Source: Candidatus Micrarchaeota archaeon (GTDB lineage Archaea; Micrarchaeota; Micrarchaeia; Micrarchaeales; Micrarchaeaceae). Taken from it: a stretch of 64,000 nt of DNA. The translations under genes and the position numbers were made by a program. A model generated the notes under the pieces. The model ran no database searches and was not told where the DNA came from. It saw only the letters and a program-made list of their open reading frames with translations. Position 1 is the stretch's first letter, and every line of letters begins with the position of its first letter. The stretch lies in contig JAJZJM010000001.1 of the NCBI GenBank assembly GCA_021810105.1, positions 296,850-360,849 on the forward strand, given 5' to 3'. This document shows, in pieces, positions 36,643 through 45,114 of this stretch.

Positions 36643-37461
36643 TCATTCATGCCATGATATTTTGAGGCATCTGAGGCTTCCGTCCATTTTCATGAATTCG
36701 CTTGTATCTATCTCTAGAACATTATCAAAATATGTATCAACAATTTTCCTAGTCCCAGGAAAACCTTTCGGCATCATTACTGTGTTTTCATTCACCGGAA
36801 GAACTGCGGCTGCATATCCTTCTGACTTAGGAACATCTATCACATCAAAAGGAAATGAATCTGGTAGAGGCATTGCAGGATTGTGCAATAATGTAGTTTC
36901 GTTTAGCGGCGACATTCCGGTATCAGCATGCAATACATTTGCTACTTTAATCTTAAGTATAGACAAACCTGGGTTAATTTTCTTCAGAGTTTCTTCAAGG
37001 AGAGATGCGCCTGCAATGTTGGTGCGCGTGGACACTCCGATTATTACATTTTTTCCGAACATTATAACATCGCCGAATTCCAAAGTTGCTGAGGCTTGCA
37101 AAAAGTCAGGAATGATTATCTCTTTGACTACACCTTTGATTATCTTCATAGAATAACCTACCTCTTTCTTCCTTGGCTCTTTGTTAGGGTTGCCGATTAC
37201 TCCAACCAGCCCTCCATTCTCTTTTGCAAATATTCCAGCCATGTCCTCAACAAAATGCCCGTCCGGGTTTCCGGTCGGTTCTGAAAGATAGACCTTTACC
37301 CCTAGAGACTCTAATGCGCTTACATACGCCCTATGCTGCACCAAAGCAAGATCATAATTAGGGCGGCCGTAATTCACAGTAGTAAAGCCGTTCGCCATGT
37401 TCCTGTCTGGCTTTATCATTATTGCGTGATTAAAGAGAAGCCCATTGTTTTTGCTCTGCAT
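36643..37461 (-). CDS. Amidinotransferase-superfamily enzyme (DDAH / arginine-deiminase-like)
   Basis: QHRAYVSALESLGVKV and NPDGHFVEDMAGIF fit the family. The C-terminal DGSLRCL contains the expected catalytic Cys. Confidence 0.6.
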   Translation of the reverse strand: MQSKNNGLLFNHAIMIKPDRNMANGFTTVNYGRPNYDLALVQHRAYVSALESLGVKVYLSEPTGNPDGHFVEDMAGIFAKENGGLVGVIGNPNKEPRKKEVGYSMKIIKGVVKEIIIPDFLQASATLEFGDVIMFGKNVIIGVSTRTNIAGASLLEETLKKINPGLSILKIKVANVLHADTGMSPLNETTLLHNPAMPLPDSFPFDVIDVPKSEGYAAAVLPVNENTVMMPKGFPGTRKIVDTYFDNVLEIDTSEFMKMDGSLRCLKISWHE

Positions 37462-37532
37462 ATTCTTTAGTTTTGTTGGAAAGATTTATAGGCTTTGAAA
37501 AGCATTTGATGTGGACATATTAGGTAGATTAT

Positions 37533-37919
37533 TTGAAGATATCGATATTGCAGATAATTTTAGTGATAGGAATAATCATATCAGTCTACCTCGCGTATGT
37601 GCATTATAATCCTGGAGCACTGGTGTGTCCCACGGCGGGATTGATTAATTGTCAGGATGTGATTACCAGCTCCTATTCTGTAATACTTGGAGTGCCTTTG
37701 GCCATATATGCGGTAATATGGTTCGTAATTGCGCTTATTCTATCTATGTCTAAAATGAGAACAGTTACAGAATTATGGTTTCTTATAGGGATTGGAGGAA
37801 TCATCTATTCCTTATTTTCAATGTATATGGTAGGGAGAATTTGCGAGTTCTGCTCTGCGTTGGATGTAATAATAGTTGCATCGATAGCGCTTCTTTTTAA
37901 AGGACAAGGGTTAAAATAA
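37533..37919 (+). CDS. Vitamin K epoxide reductase (VKOR) family membrane protein
   Basis: It has four TM helices. The loop carries a cysteine pair (VCPTAGLINCQDVITSSYS) and the active-site CxxC is CEFC. The start is TTG. Confidence 0.7.
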   Translation: MKISILQIILVIGIIISVYLAYVHYNPGALVCPTAGLINCQDVITSSYSVILGVPLAIYAVIWFVIALILSMSKMRTVTELWFLIGIGGIIYSLFSMYMVGRICEFCSALDVIIVASIALLFKGQGLK

Positions 37920-37940
37920 GCAAATGCTGTAAATCTTTGA

Positions 37941-38014
37941 GGGCCCATAGCTCAGCCTGGTAGAGCGGCTGGCTCTTAACCAGTAGGTCGGGGGTCCAAA
38001 TCCCCCTGGGCCCG
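37941..38014 (+). tRNA. tRNA-Lys (anticodon CUU)
   Basis: GGGCCCA-TA-GCTC-AGCCTGGTA-GAGC-G-GCTGG-CTCTTAA-CCAGT-AGGTC-GGGGG-TCCAAAT-CCCCC-TGGGCCC-G folds into a complete cloverleaf. Confidence 0.9.
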
Positions 38015-38132
38015 CCTTAATTTTAAATTAACGGCATTTTTCTTCATAGGACATGCTTGGATGCCTTTTCGAATTTGTGTTTATGGAAAGAGTTTTATTG
38101 GTAAATATAGACAATAAGACATTACAAGGTGC

Positions 38133-39839
38133 TTGCTGTTGGTAAACATTAATAGGATTTTTGTATTGTCCTTTGCATTTGCCCTGATTTTTGCTTCTGG
38201 AGTAAGCATGGCTAGTTCTTCTGGCATAGTATATGCAAGCGTCACCGTAGTGCAGCCTGCCAATGTGACAATTGCAAATTTTTCAACATCTTCAATTTTG
38301 ACAGCCGGCACACCTGTACCGCTATATGCCAAGGTGCAGAATGCAGGAGGATTGTCCGCTTCTAATATTACCTTTAATGTCTCCATAACAGGGCCTTCAA
38401 TCACCAATATAACATATAATCTAGGTACGCTCACACCAAGCCAAAGCAAGAACTTGACAACACAAGTAAGTGGTGGTGCACCATTGTCTGGAGCTTATAC
38501 TGTTAATGCGTTTATTAGCTATTATGTCAATGGTGTTCATCACATCTCCGCTTCCAAATATGCACAGTTTAATGCCTCAGTTCCAAACCCGCCTTCTCCA
38601 GGGCCCGGGCCTGGCACAAGCAAGCAATCATACACACCTACACCAAAGATACCAGGAATAAACATAAACTCACTCCCGGTAGCGCTGTCTGCAGCGGTAG
38701 GAGGCCAATTATCTAGCATAATAAATTTACAGTCAATTTCAAACGTAACAGAAATAATAAATTTTACAGTTAGCAATAATTATACCGGAATAGTTACGCT
38801 TTCTCCAAGCAGTATTACCCTGCTTCCTGGGCAGAAAGGCAGCGTTGTAGCCAGCATAAGAGCCACATCTTCAATGCTTCCGGGAACCTATGTTATACCT
38901 ATCACAATGAATGCCTCTTTTGTGGGAGATGCGCCTGCAAGCCAAACAGCATACGTAACATTTACCATATACAGCAATCTCAAAAATGGATTGCAGGTGC
39001 TTGGACAGTCTTATATGGTTAATAACCTTACAGAACTGAGCGGTGCTGTATCAATTAGTAATAATGGCGAGTCTACAATAACAAATGGCACTCTTACAAC
39101 AATGTTGCCTCTTTCGATTGCTGCAAACCTTACAGAGATTAGCGCGTATGGACTACCCAACAATATAACCAGAAGCACAGACGGATATGCTGTAAATTGG
39201 AATGTACAGAAGATACTTCCCGGGCAGATATTGTATGCCTATTACACGATACACAACCCTAGCTCTGCCTCATTGGCATATTATCCACAAAATATATTCA
39301 CGTTACCTACCCCTCCTGTATCCAGCCAGGTGCTTAAAATCATCAGCATTTCTGCACCTACATTTTATTCTAACTCTACGAACAAAATAAATGCCACTGT
39401 TTTCTATGCTGGCAGTACATACCAACCAGTATCATTTTCGCTATCTGGCCCTCCTGGCGTGACAATATACAATTCTACACAGGTGGTTTATACCTCTCCG
39501 AATAGATTGCTTAACAGAAGTTTTAGCATATTTGTTGGCAATTACACTGGAACTTTACTTTTCTACCTTACATTGAGCGCAGGAGGGCTAAATAATACCG
39601 AGACTTTGCCTGCAGTTGTGTTAACCAAGATACCCATAGTATCTCCGCCCTCCCAGAAGCCGTTTTTGATTAGCTTTCAGACATTATTAGGGATCCTGGA
39701 GGCTTTTGCAGGGGCTGCTTTGATATTTATTATTTTGCTCGTAATAATAAACATAAAGAAGCGTCAGAGAGCGCCTGAAAGCAAAACAAGAGAACTGGTG
39801 AAAATGGCGAAGAGAATAAGAGGAGAGATAGATGAATAA
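38133..39839 (+). CDS. Type I membrane-anchored surface protein with multiple CARDB/Ig-like beta domains
   Basis: The signal is IFVLSFAFALIFASGVSMA. A CARDB-like segment reads TAGTPVPLYAKVQNAGGLSASNITFNVSITGP. A Pro-rich linker (PNPPSPGPGPG) follows. The C-terminal TM is AGAALIFIILLVIINI followed by KKRQR. The protein is dense in sequons. Confidence 0.7.
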   Translation: MLLVNINRIFVLSFAFALIFASGVSMASSSGIVYASVTVVQPANVTIANFSTSSILTAGTPVPLYAKVQNAGGLSASNITFNVSITGPSITNITYNLGTLTPSQSKNLTTQVSGGAPLSGAYTVNAFISYYVNGVHHISASKYAQFNASVPNPPSPGPGPGTSKQSYTPTPKIPGININSLPVALSAAVGGQLSSIINLQSISNVTEIINFTVSNNYTGIVTLSPSSITLLPGQKGSVVASIRATSSMLPGTYVIPITMNASFVGDAPASQTAYVTFTIYSNLKNGLQVLGQSYMVNNLTELSGAVSISNNGESTITNGTLTTMLPLSIAANLTEISAYGLPNNITRSTDGYAVNWNVQKILPGQILYAYYTIHNPSSASLAYYPQNIFTLPTPPVSSQVLKIISISAPTFYSNSTNKINATVFYAGSTYQPVSFSLSGPPGVTIYNSTQVVYTSPNRLLNRSFSIFVGNYTGTLLFYLTLSAGGLNNTETLPAVVLTKIPIVSPPSQKPFLISFQTLLGILEAFAGAALIFIILLVIINIKKRQRAPESKTRELVKMAKRIRGEIDE

Positions 39840-40623
39840 GCCATACATAATACGTGTGTCTTCTCAAAAAGGAGGTGTTGGTAAGACTGCAATATCTGTA
39901 AACTTTGCATCCGCATTAAGAAGTCTTGGCTATAGAACCTTGGTAATAGATTTTGATTTTACAAACCCTAGCATTGGATTTCATTTGGGGCTTGAAGGCA
40001 TAAATTCTGGTACAAAAGCGGCTATGGAAAAGAAGACCGCTCTTAGCAGCGTTGTTTCAATACATGAGCCTACAGGCATGCATGTAATAGCTGGAGAGGT
40101 AAAAGGGTGGGATGTACTTCCTGATAAAAGCGTATTGTCCTCTTTTGTTAACGGGCTAAAGAAGACAAATTACAACTTTATCATAGTTGATACCGCCCCA
40201 GGATTTGAACCTGAGGCAGAGCTTAACTATTTTGACGAGGGGTTGATAATAACAACTCCTGACGTACCTTCATGTGCTAGTGCGGTAAGGCTTTCCCATA
40301 AATACAATAGATCCAAGCTAAGGCATTCTCTTATTGTAAATAAGATAAGGAATACCAGATACGAGCTTAGTTTTGATGATATAATGGACATGTATGGAGG
40401 AGACTATGCATCACAACTGCCTGAAGATGATGCCGTTCCTGAAGGGATTGCAGCGCACATACCAGCATATAATCTTAAACCTAGATCAAGATTCTCACGA
40501 AGCATATTCTCACTTGTTAAAAGGCATGTTTCAGCGATTGATACAGACGAACCTCCAATTGCTATGCGTAAGAAAGGACTATGGCACAGGTTTTCAACCA
40601 AATTTCCTTCAAGAAAACGCTAA
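39832..40623 (+). CDS. MinD/ParA-family P-loop ATPase
   Basis: It has a deviant Walker A (VSSQKGGVGKTAISVNFA) and a Walker B (FIIVDTAPG). It overlaps the upstream surface-protein gene by 8 nt. Confidence 0.8.
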   Translation: MNKPYIIRVSSQKGGVGKTAISVNFASALRSLGYRTLVIDFDFTNPSIGFHLGLEGINSGTKAAMEKKTALSSVVSIHEPTGMHVIAGEVKGWDVLPDKSVLSSFVNGLKKTNYNFIIVDTAPGFEPEAELNYFDEGLIITTPDVPSCASAVRLSHKYNRSKLRHSLIVNKIRNTRYELSFDDIMDMYGGDYASQLPEDDAVPEGIAAHIPAYNLKPRSRFSRSIFSLVKRHVSAIDTDEPPIAMRKKGLWHRFSTKFPSRKR

Positions 40624-40665
40624 ATATTTGACTGTAGAACTATTTGCAGCCAATCAGTGAAACAT

Positions 40666-43600
40666 ATGAAACAAGTTTATTTGAACTTATTATTTTTAGT
40701 CTTAGCCATGTTTATAACCGCGCATGCCGTTATGGTTCCTAATGTTTTGTTTCAGAGTCAGAGTAATCCACAAAACAGCATAACAAGCACCATTAGTTCA
40801 ACATCTACAGGAAATGTGACGGCATCATCTGCACAGTCCTCTAATGCCCCTAATAGTACATCCACCATTCTAACCACAAGCGTGTCAACAACCATACCTT
40901 ATGTTTCAACAATGTTCAGAGAATCAGGATTGCCTGAAGGCGTGGCATGGTCTGTCCTATATAATGGAAGGGGCTCTGTTTCCATATCTCCCAATAGCAC
41001 TTCATCTTCAACTCCTCCAGGTAACTATACTTTCATAGTATCTTATCCTACAAGCAATGGAATAACCTATATACCGAATCCATCTAACGGGACCTTAACG
41101 GCAGGAGGTTTATTGACGATAAATTTTACTCAGAATGTAACATTGCCGCAGCAAAAGACAACTTTTCAGGAACTTGGGTTGCCAAATAACAGCTCATGGA
41201 GTGTCACATTTAATGGGATTAATATAAGCGCAATCGCCCCAAACAGCATTGTTTTCTCAACATCGCCTGGCAACTACACATATACGATAGGGAATGTGTC
41301 GTTTGGAGGATTAACTTATCTGCCAAAAACGCAATCAGGGGTACTAGAAGCGGGCGGCAGCCCCATTGTTAATTTTTCCGCCAGTTATTCAGAATCCATT
41401 CCTAGTGCATCGACTTCGCTCCCAGCAAGCAATCTTGGATTAATAACAACACTCAGAACCAGCCTTCCTAACGGGGCTCTGTTTATATCTAATGAGAGTC
41501 CAATTGCACAAGGCGAAAATGGAACTTCAGTAAATGTAATTGCTCCAGTATATTTGAGTTTCCAGAACATGAGCAATATTACTGCCATTAATTCAAGTCA
41601 ATTAGAAAGTGTCAGATCGCAAGTGAATAAATTTTATAGTGGAGGCTTGCGCTCTGCAGGCATTTCGGCTTTATCAGTGAAAAACAGTTACTCTGGAATG
41701 TATGTTTTTAATGAAAATATTTCAGCACAGTACGGCAGCATATCGCAATCAAACAACTACGTGCCAGCTGGAAGAACGCTTCATTATATAGCATATAACA
41801 CTTATGGAATAATCACTTATTACAACGTAAGCGTACACAGAACAAGACCAACTCTTAAAATAAGCGTAAACGGAGCCATAGCCAAAAACCCTAATACCAC
41901 TTCGGTAATACACATACCAATACTGAACGGGCAGAGCGATTACAACATTTCTGTAGCTCTTGATAGTGTTTTGGCAGGTAGAAATCAGGCAAATTTTACA
42001 TATAAAATAAATTTTTCCAATGGTACAATAATAAACAGAACTTTGAATGCCAACTACGTGAACTATTCTGAGACATTCACTCTTCCAGCAGACCAGAATG
42101 CAACAATAACATTTGAGACTGGAGGAAATGCGAATTACACTCCTGTAGATCCAACCGTAGTAATAGTGCCTGCAGCGATATCATATTACTTGCCGATTAC
42201 ATTGACTAATTCACAAACAGTAGCTACCCCTGCACCATTTCAGGAAGAGGTTTCTGTAAATAGTCTGGATTACAGTTCATACGAAGCAAATAACCTAGAT
42301 AATATAGAGTTTTTCTATGCGGCTGGCAATATAATATCAAGTTGGATGGAGGGCAGCGTTAGCAATACATTGCTAAATAACCCGAAAAATTCTTCGTTGT
42401 TACATACATCAACTAATACCACCTATTGGCTTAACATATCAAAAGGGATACCAGCAAGCAATTCTATCACAGTATATATGGGTTTTGCCCCAGTATCAGT
42501 AAGCCTTTTGAATAATATCAATGTCGGAGAGAGCCCTCAGATAAGCAGTATTTATGGGCAGTATGATGATGGAACAAACGTATTTGATTATTATAATGTT
42601 AATCCAACTTCGACTTCAGGGTGGACCTTGGCGGGAATTGCAGGCCGTACAGGTTCCGCCCCTTCTGGAAATCATTTTATCACTACAAATGCATTATATG
42701 CGAATTCGGCTAATGGAGATTATCTTTACACATCCATACTGGATCTGACAACAAACGTGGTGATAACTTATGATGTATACACAACAGGTTTGGGAGACTT
42801 CTTTTTCCTGACAAACTCTGCCGGAAAAGGACAGATGACAAGGCTTGACGGGAGAGGAGGCGCAGATTACTCTGGATTAGCAACAACTTCTACATGGAAG
42901 AGCTGGGCTGCACCTTCTTCGGGGCTCTCCGAGACTACAAAAGTATGGTACAAATATGATACTGTAGTTTCTGGAACATCAGCTTATTCTTATATAGGAA
43001 ACATGTCGGATTCTTTGTCCACATATGGCAAACAGACATCCTCAACCGCATTTACGGTTGTAGATGATGGAAATTATTTGGGGCTTGTTGGAGATGGACT
43101 AGGTTCGTCTTACATAACTTACTGGGATGGAATAATCATACGCGCGGAGCCCCCTGGAGGAGTGATGCCAGTAGCAGCTTTAGGAACGGTTGTGGCTTCC
43201 GATGCCCCGGTGTTGATTTTCCAGTCCAACCCTATCAGTTATGGAGTCAGCAATCTTATTACTTTAACTACCCAGAGAACGGGAGATAGTGTTGAGATAT
43301 TGAAGAATGGCAATGTTATCGCTGGACCTGCGGCAAACAGCGTTAGTTATAGTGTATGCGGGGCTTCGCCATCACTTTCTAGTTGCTGGTCTCCGGGTAG
43401 CTATGTAATAACAGGAAAGGATGTAAATAGCGGGGTAATTAGCAATGGAATACTTATCGTTAATAAAGGGACTCCTTCTTTGAAGCTAGTGTCAGCGAAT
43501 ATTGTTTTAAATACATTGAGTAGCACGCCGGTCAATTATAGCATATCAACGATTGGAAATCAATTGTCTGCAAACCTAATAATAAATAATAATTATATTT

Positions 43601-45090
43601 CCAGCACTTCATCCAGCAATACGTATTCGCTTGCAACCAGCATAGGAAATTACAAATTAAAAGAAACAACCGCTGGCAACAGCAATTATACTTCTTATAA
43701 TCTGACCAAATCCTTATGCATAGTGCAAAAACCGAGCTCTTTTCCTACAGGTTTGATATATTACGCCCCGGTGTGCATAATAAATAATCAATCCTCTTCG
43801 TCATCGGCACAGTTCCAGCAGATGATCAACATAAGCGAAGATGTATATTCTGGCTACCTATCCTATAATGGAGAATTCGCCAATTTTGAGATATTCAATG
43901 CAACTGGAAGTGTGCAGCCATCGTGGATAGAGAGCAACGATTCAGGAGTATTGACAACCTGGATAAAAATGCCGGGTATTATTGGCGCGAATGCAGTTTT
44001 TTCCCTTTATCTAGGATTTGCGCCAAACACATTAAACCTTCTTTCAAACAGCGGGACAAGCGGAATAGGAGAGATACCTACAGCAAGCGGGTCTTATGGA
44101 GAGTATGATGATGGTGCAAGCGTTTTTGAAAATTATTTCCCTGGAAATTCCTTATCGACATGGACAAACGCTGGCACTTCCGGGCAAACTTCTTCTGCAC
44201 CTTCAGGATCACCTTTTGGAACCAATGCTTTCTATGCAAACGGGGCAAATGGAGATTATCTTTATACAACTGCAAATGGGCAGGCTGCAAATATGATAAT
44301 AGAGTATTATACAGACACAGCAAACCTTGATGATGTTTTCTTCCTGACAAACTCTTCAGGGGGAGGGCAGATAGGCAGAGTAGGAAATGGTGTAGGCTGG
44401 TATGGAATCGCGTCTTCAAGCTCATGGACTAGCTGGACCGCCCCTCCAGATAATGGTCAGTGGTCGAATAAATGGCTGCTGATTTCTATAGTATCTATAA
44501 ACGGAACTGCAACTATGTACCTTTCACCTAATGCGGGCAACTATGGGAGTGAGATTGGCCAAAATGCTTCAAATAGCTATTCTGTAGCGAATAATGGAGA
44601 TTATCTAGGTTTTGTTGGAGATGCAGCTGGTGGCACCACAACGCAATATTTGAATGGAATGATAATAAGGCAAAGGCCGCCTAACGGGATAATGCCTTCA
44701 TCGGTATTTGGAAGCCCTACATCTATCCAATCGACATGCTCAGTCTCCATATCTCCAGCAACAATAAATTTTGGGTCTTTAAATCCTGGCTCTTCTTTTG
44801 ATACAAACCAGGTTGTAACAGACTATAATAATGGTACAGTTTCTGCAAATATGCTGGTATATGCAGGAAATTGGATTAATGGTGCTGTTAACTTCGGATT
44901 ATCTAAAACCTTATGGAACCCAACATCTCTCTCATCTTATACTGGAAATGCAATGACTACTGCGCCAACTTTAGCCAATATAATAATACCTGCATCAGGC
45001 TCGAACAGCATATATTTTGGCTTGTCCGTTCCTCCTGGCCAGAGTGCAGGCTCTTACTCTCAAACCATAACCATAGAAAATGAATGTTGA
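40666..45090 (+). CDS. Giant secreted surface protein (~1,475 aa): 2 x ~75-aa modules, 2 x ~320-aa DUF2341 + LamG-like units, C-terminal Cys-bounded domain
   Basis: The signal is MKQVYLNLLFLVLAMFITAHA. Internal duplications were seen directly (see findings). No C-terminal TM anchor is present. N-x-S/T sequons are very dense. A GTG at 40657 is an alternative start. Confidence 0.75.
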   Translation: MKQVYLNLLFLVLAMFITAHAVMVPNVLFQSQSNPQNSITSTISSTSTGNVTASSAQSSNAPNSTSTILTTSVSTTIPYVSTMFRESGLPEGVAWSVLYNGRGSVSISPNSTSSSTPPGNYTFIVSYPTSNGITYIPNPSNGTLTAGGLLTINFTQNVTLPQQKTTFQELGLPNNSSWSVTFNGINISAIAPNSIVFSTSPGNYTYTIGNVSFGGLTYLPKTQSGVLEAGGSPIVNFSASYSESIPSASTSLPASNLGLITTLRTSLPNGALFISNESPIAQGENGTSVNVIAPVYLSFQNMSNITAINSSQLESVRSQVNKFYSGGLRSAGISALSVKNSYSGMYVFNENISAQYGSISQSNNYVPAGRTLHYIAYNTYGIITYYNVSVHRTRPTLKISVNGAIAKNPNTTSVIHIPILNGQSDYNISVALDSVLAGRNQANFTYKINFSNGTIINRTLNANYVNYSETFTLPADQNATITFETGGNANYTPVDPTVVIVPAAISYYLPITLTNSQTVATPAPFQEEVSVNSLDYSSYEANNLDNIEFFYAAGNIISSWMEGSVSNTLLNNPKNSSLLHTSTNTTYWLNISKGIPASNSITVYMGFAPVSVSLLNNINVGESPQISSIYGQYDDGTNVFDYYNVNPTSTSGWTLAGIAGRTGSAPSGNHFITTNALYANSANGDYLYTSILDLTTNVVITYDVYTTGLGDFFFLTNSAGKGQMTRLDGRGGADYSGLATTSTWKSWAAPSSGLSETTKVWYKYDTVVSGTSAYSYIGNMSDSLSTYGKQTSSTAFTVVDDGNYLGLVGDGLGSSYITYWDGIIIRAEPPGGVMPVAALGTVVASDAPVLIFQSNPISYGVSNLITLTTQRTGDSVEILKNGNVIAGPAANSVSYSVCGASPSLSSCWSPGSYVITGKDVNSGVISNGILIVNKGTPSLKLVSANIVLNTLSSTPVNYSISTIGNQLSANLIINNNYISSTSSSNTYSLATSIGNYKLKETTAGNSNYTSYNLTKSLCIVQKPSSFPTGLIYYAPVCIINNQSSSSSAQFQQMINISEDVYSGYLSYNGEFANFEIFNATGSVQPSWIESNDSGVLTTWIKMPGIIGANAVFSLYLGFAPNTLNLLSNSGTSGIGEIPTASGSYGEYDDGASVFENYFPGNSLSTWTNAGTSGQTSSAPSGSPFGTNAFYANGANGDYLYTTANGQAANMIIEYYTDTANLDDVFFLTNSSGGGQIGRVGNGVGWYGIASSSSWTSWTAPPDNGQWSNKWLLISIVSINGTATMYLSPNAGNYGSEIGQNASNSYSVANNGDYLGFVGDAAGGTTTQYLNGMIIRQRPPNGIMPSSVFGSPTSIQSTCSVSISPATINFGSLNPGSSFDTNQVVTDYNNGTVSANMLVYAGNWINGAVNFGLSKTLWNPTSLSSYTGNAMTTAPTLANIIIPASGSNSIYFGLSVPPGQSAGSYSQTITIENEC

Positions 45091-45114
45091 TTACGAAGGT
45101 TAACTAAACATATA

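Noticed and set aside
35873-37156. Plus-strand ORFs 35873-36412 (179 aa) and 36662-37156 (164 aa).
   Set aside because: They are antisense to gyrB and to the DDAH-like gene respectively, both of which have strong motif support.
38081-38449. 122-aa minus-strand ORF overlapping the start of the surface locus.
   Set aside because: It overlaps the signal peptide and first beta domain of the 568-aa protein. It has no motif and would leave the surface gene without its signal sequence.
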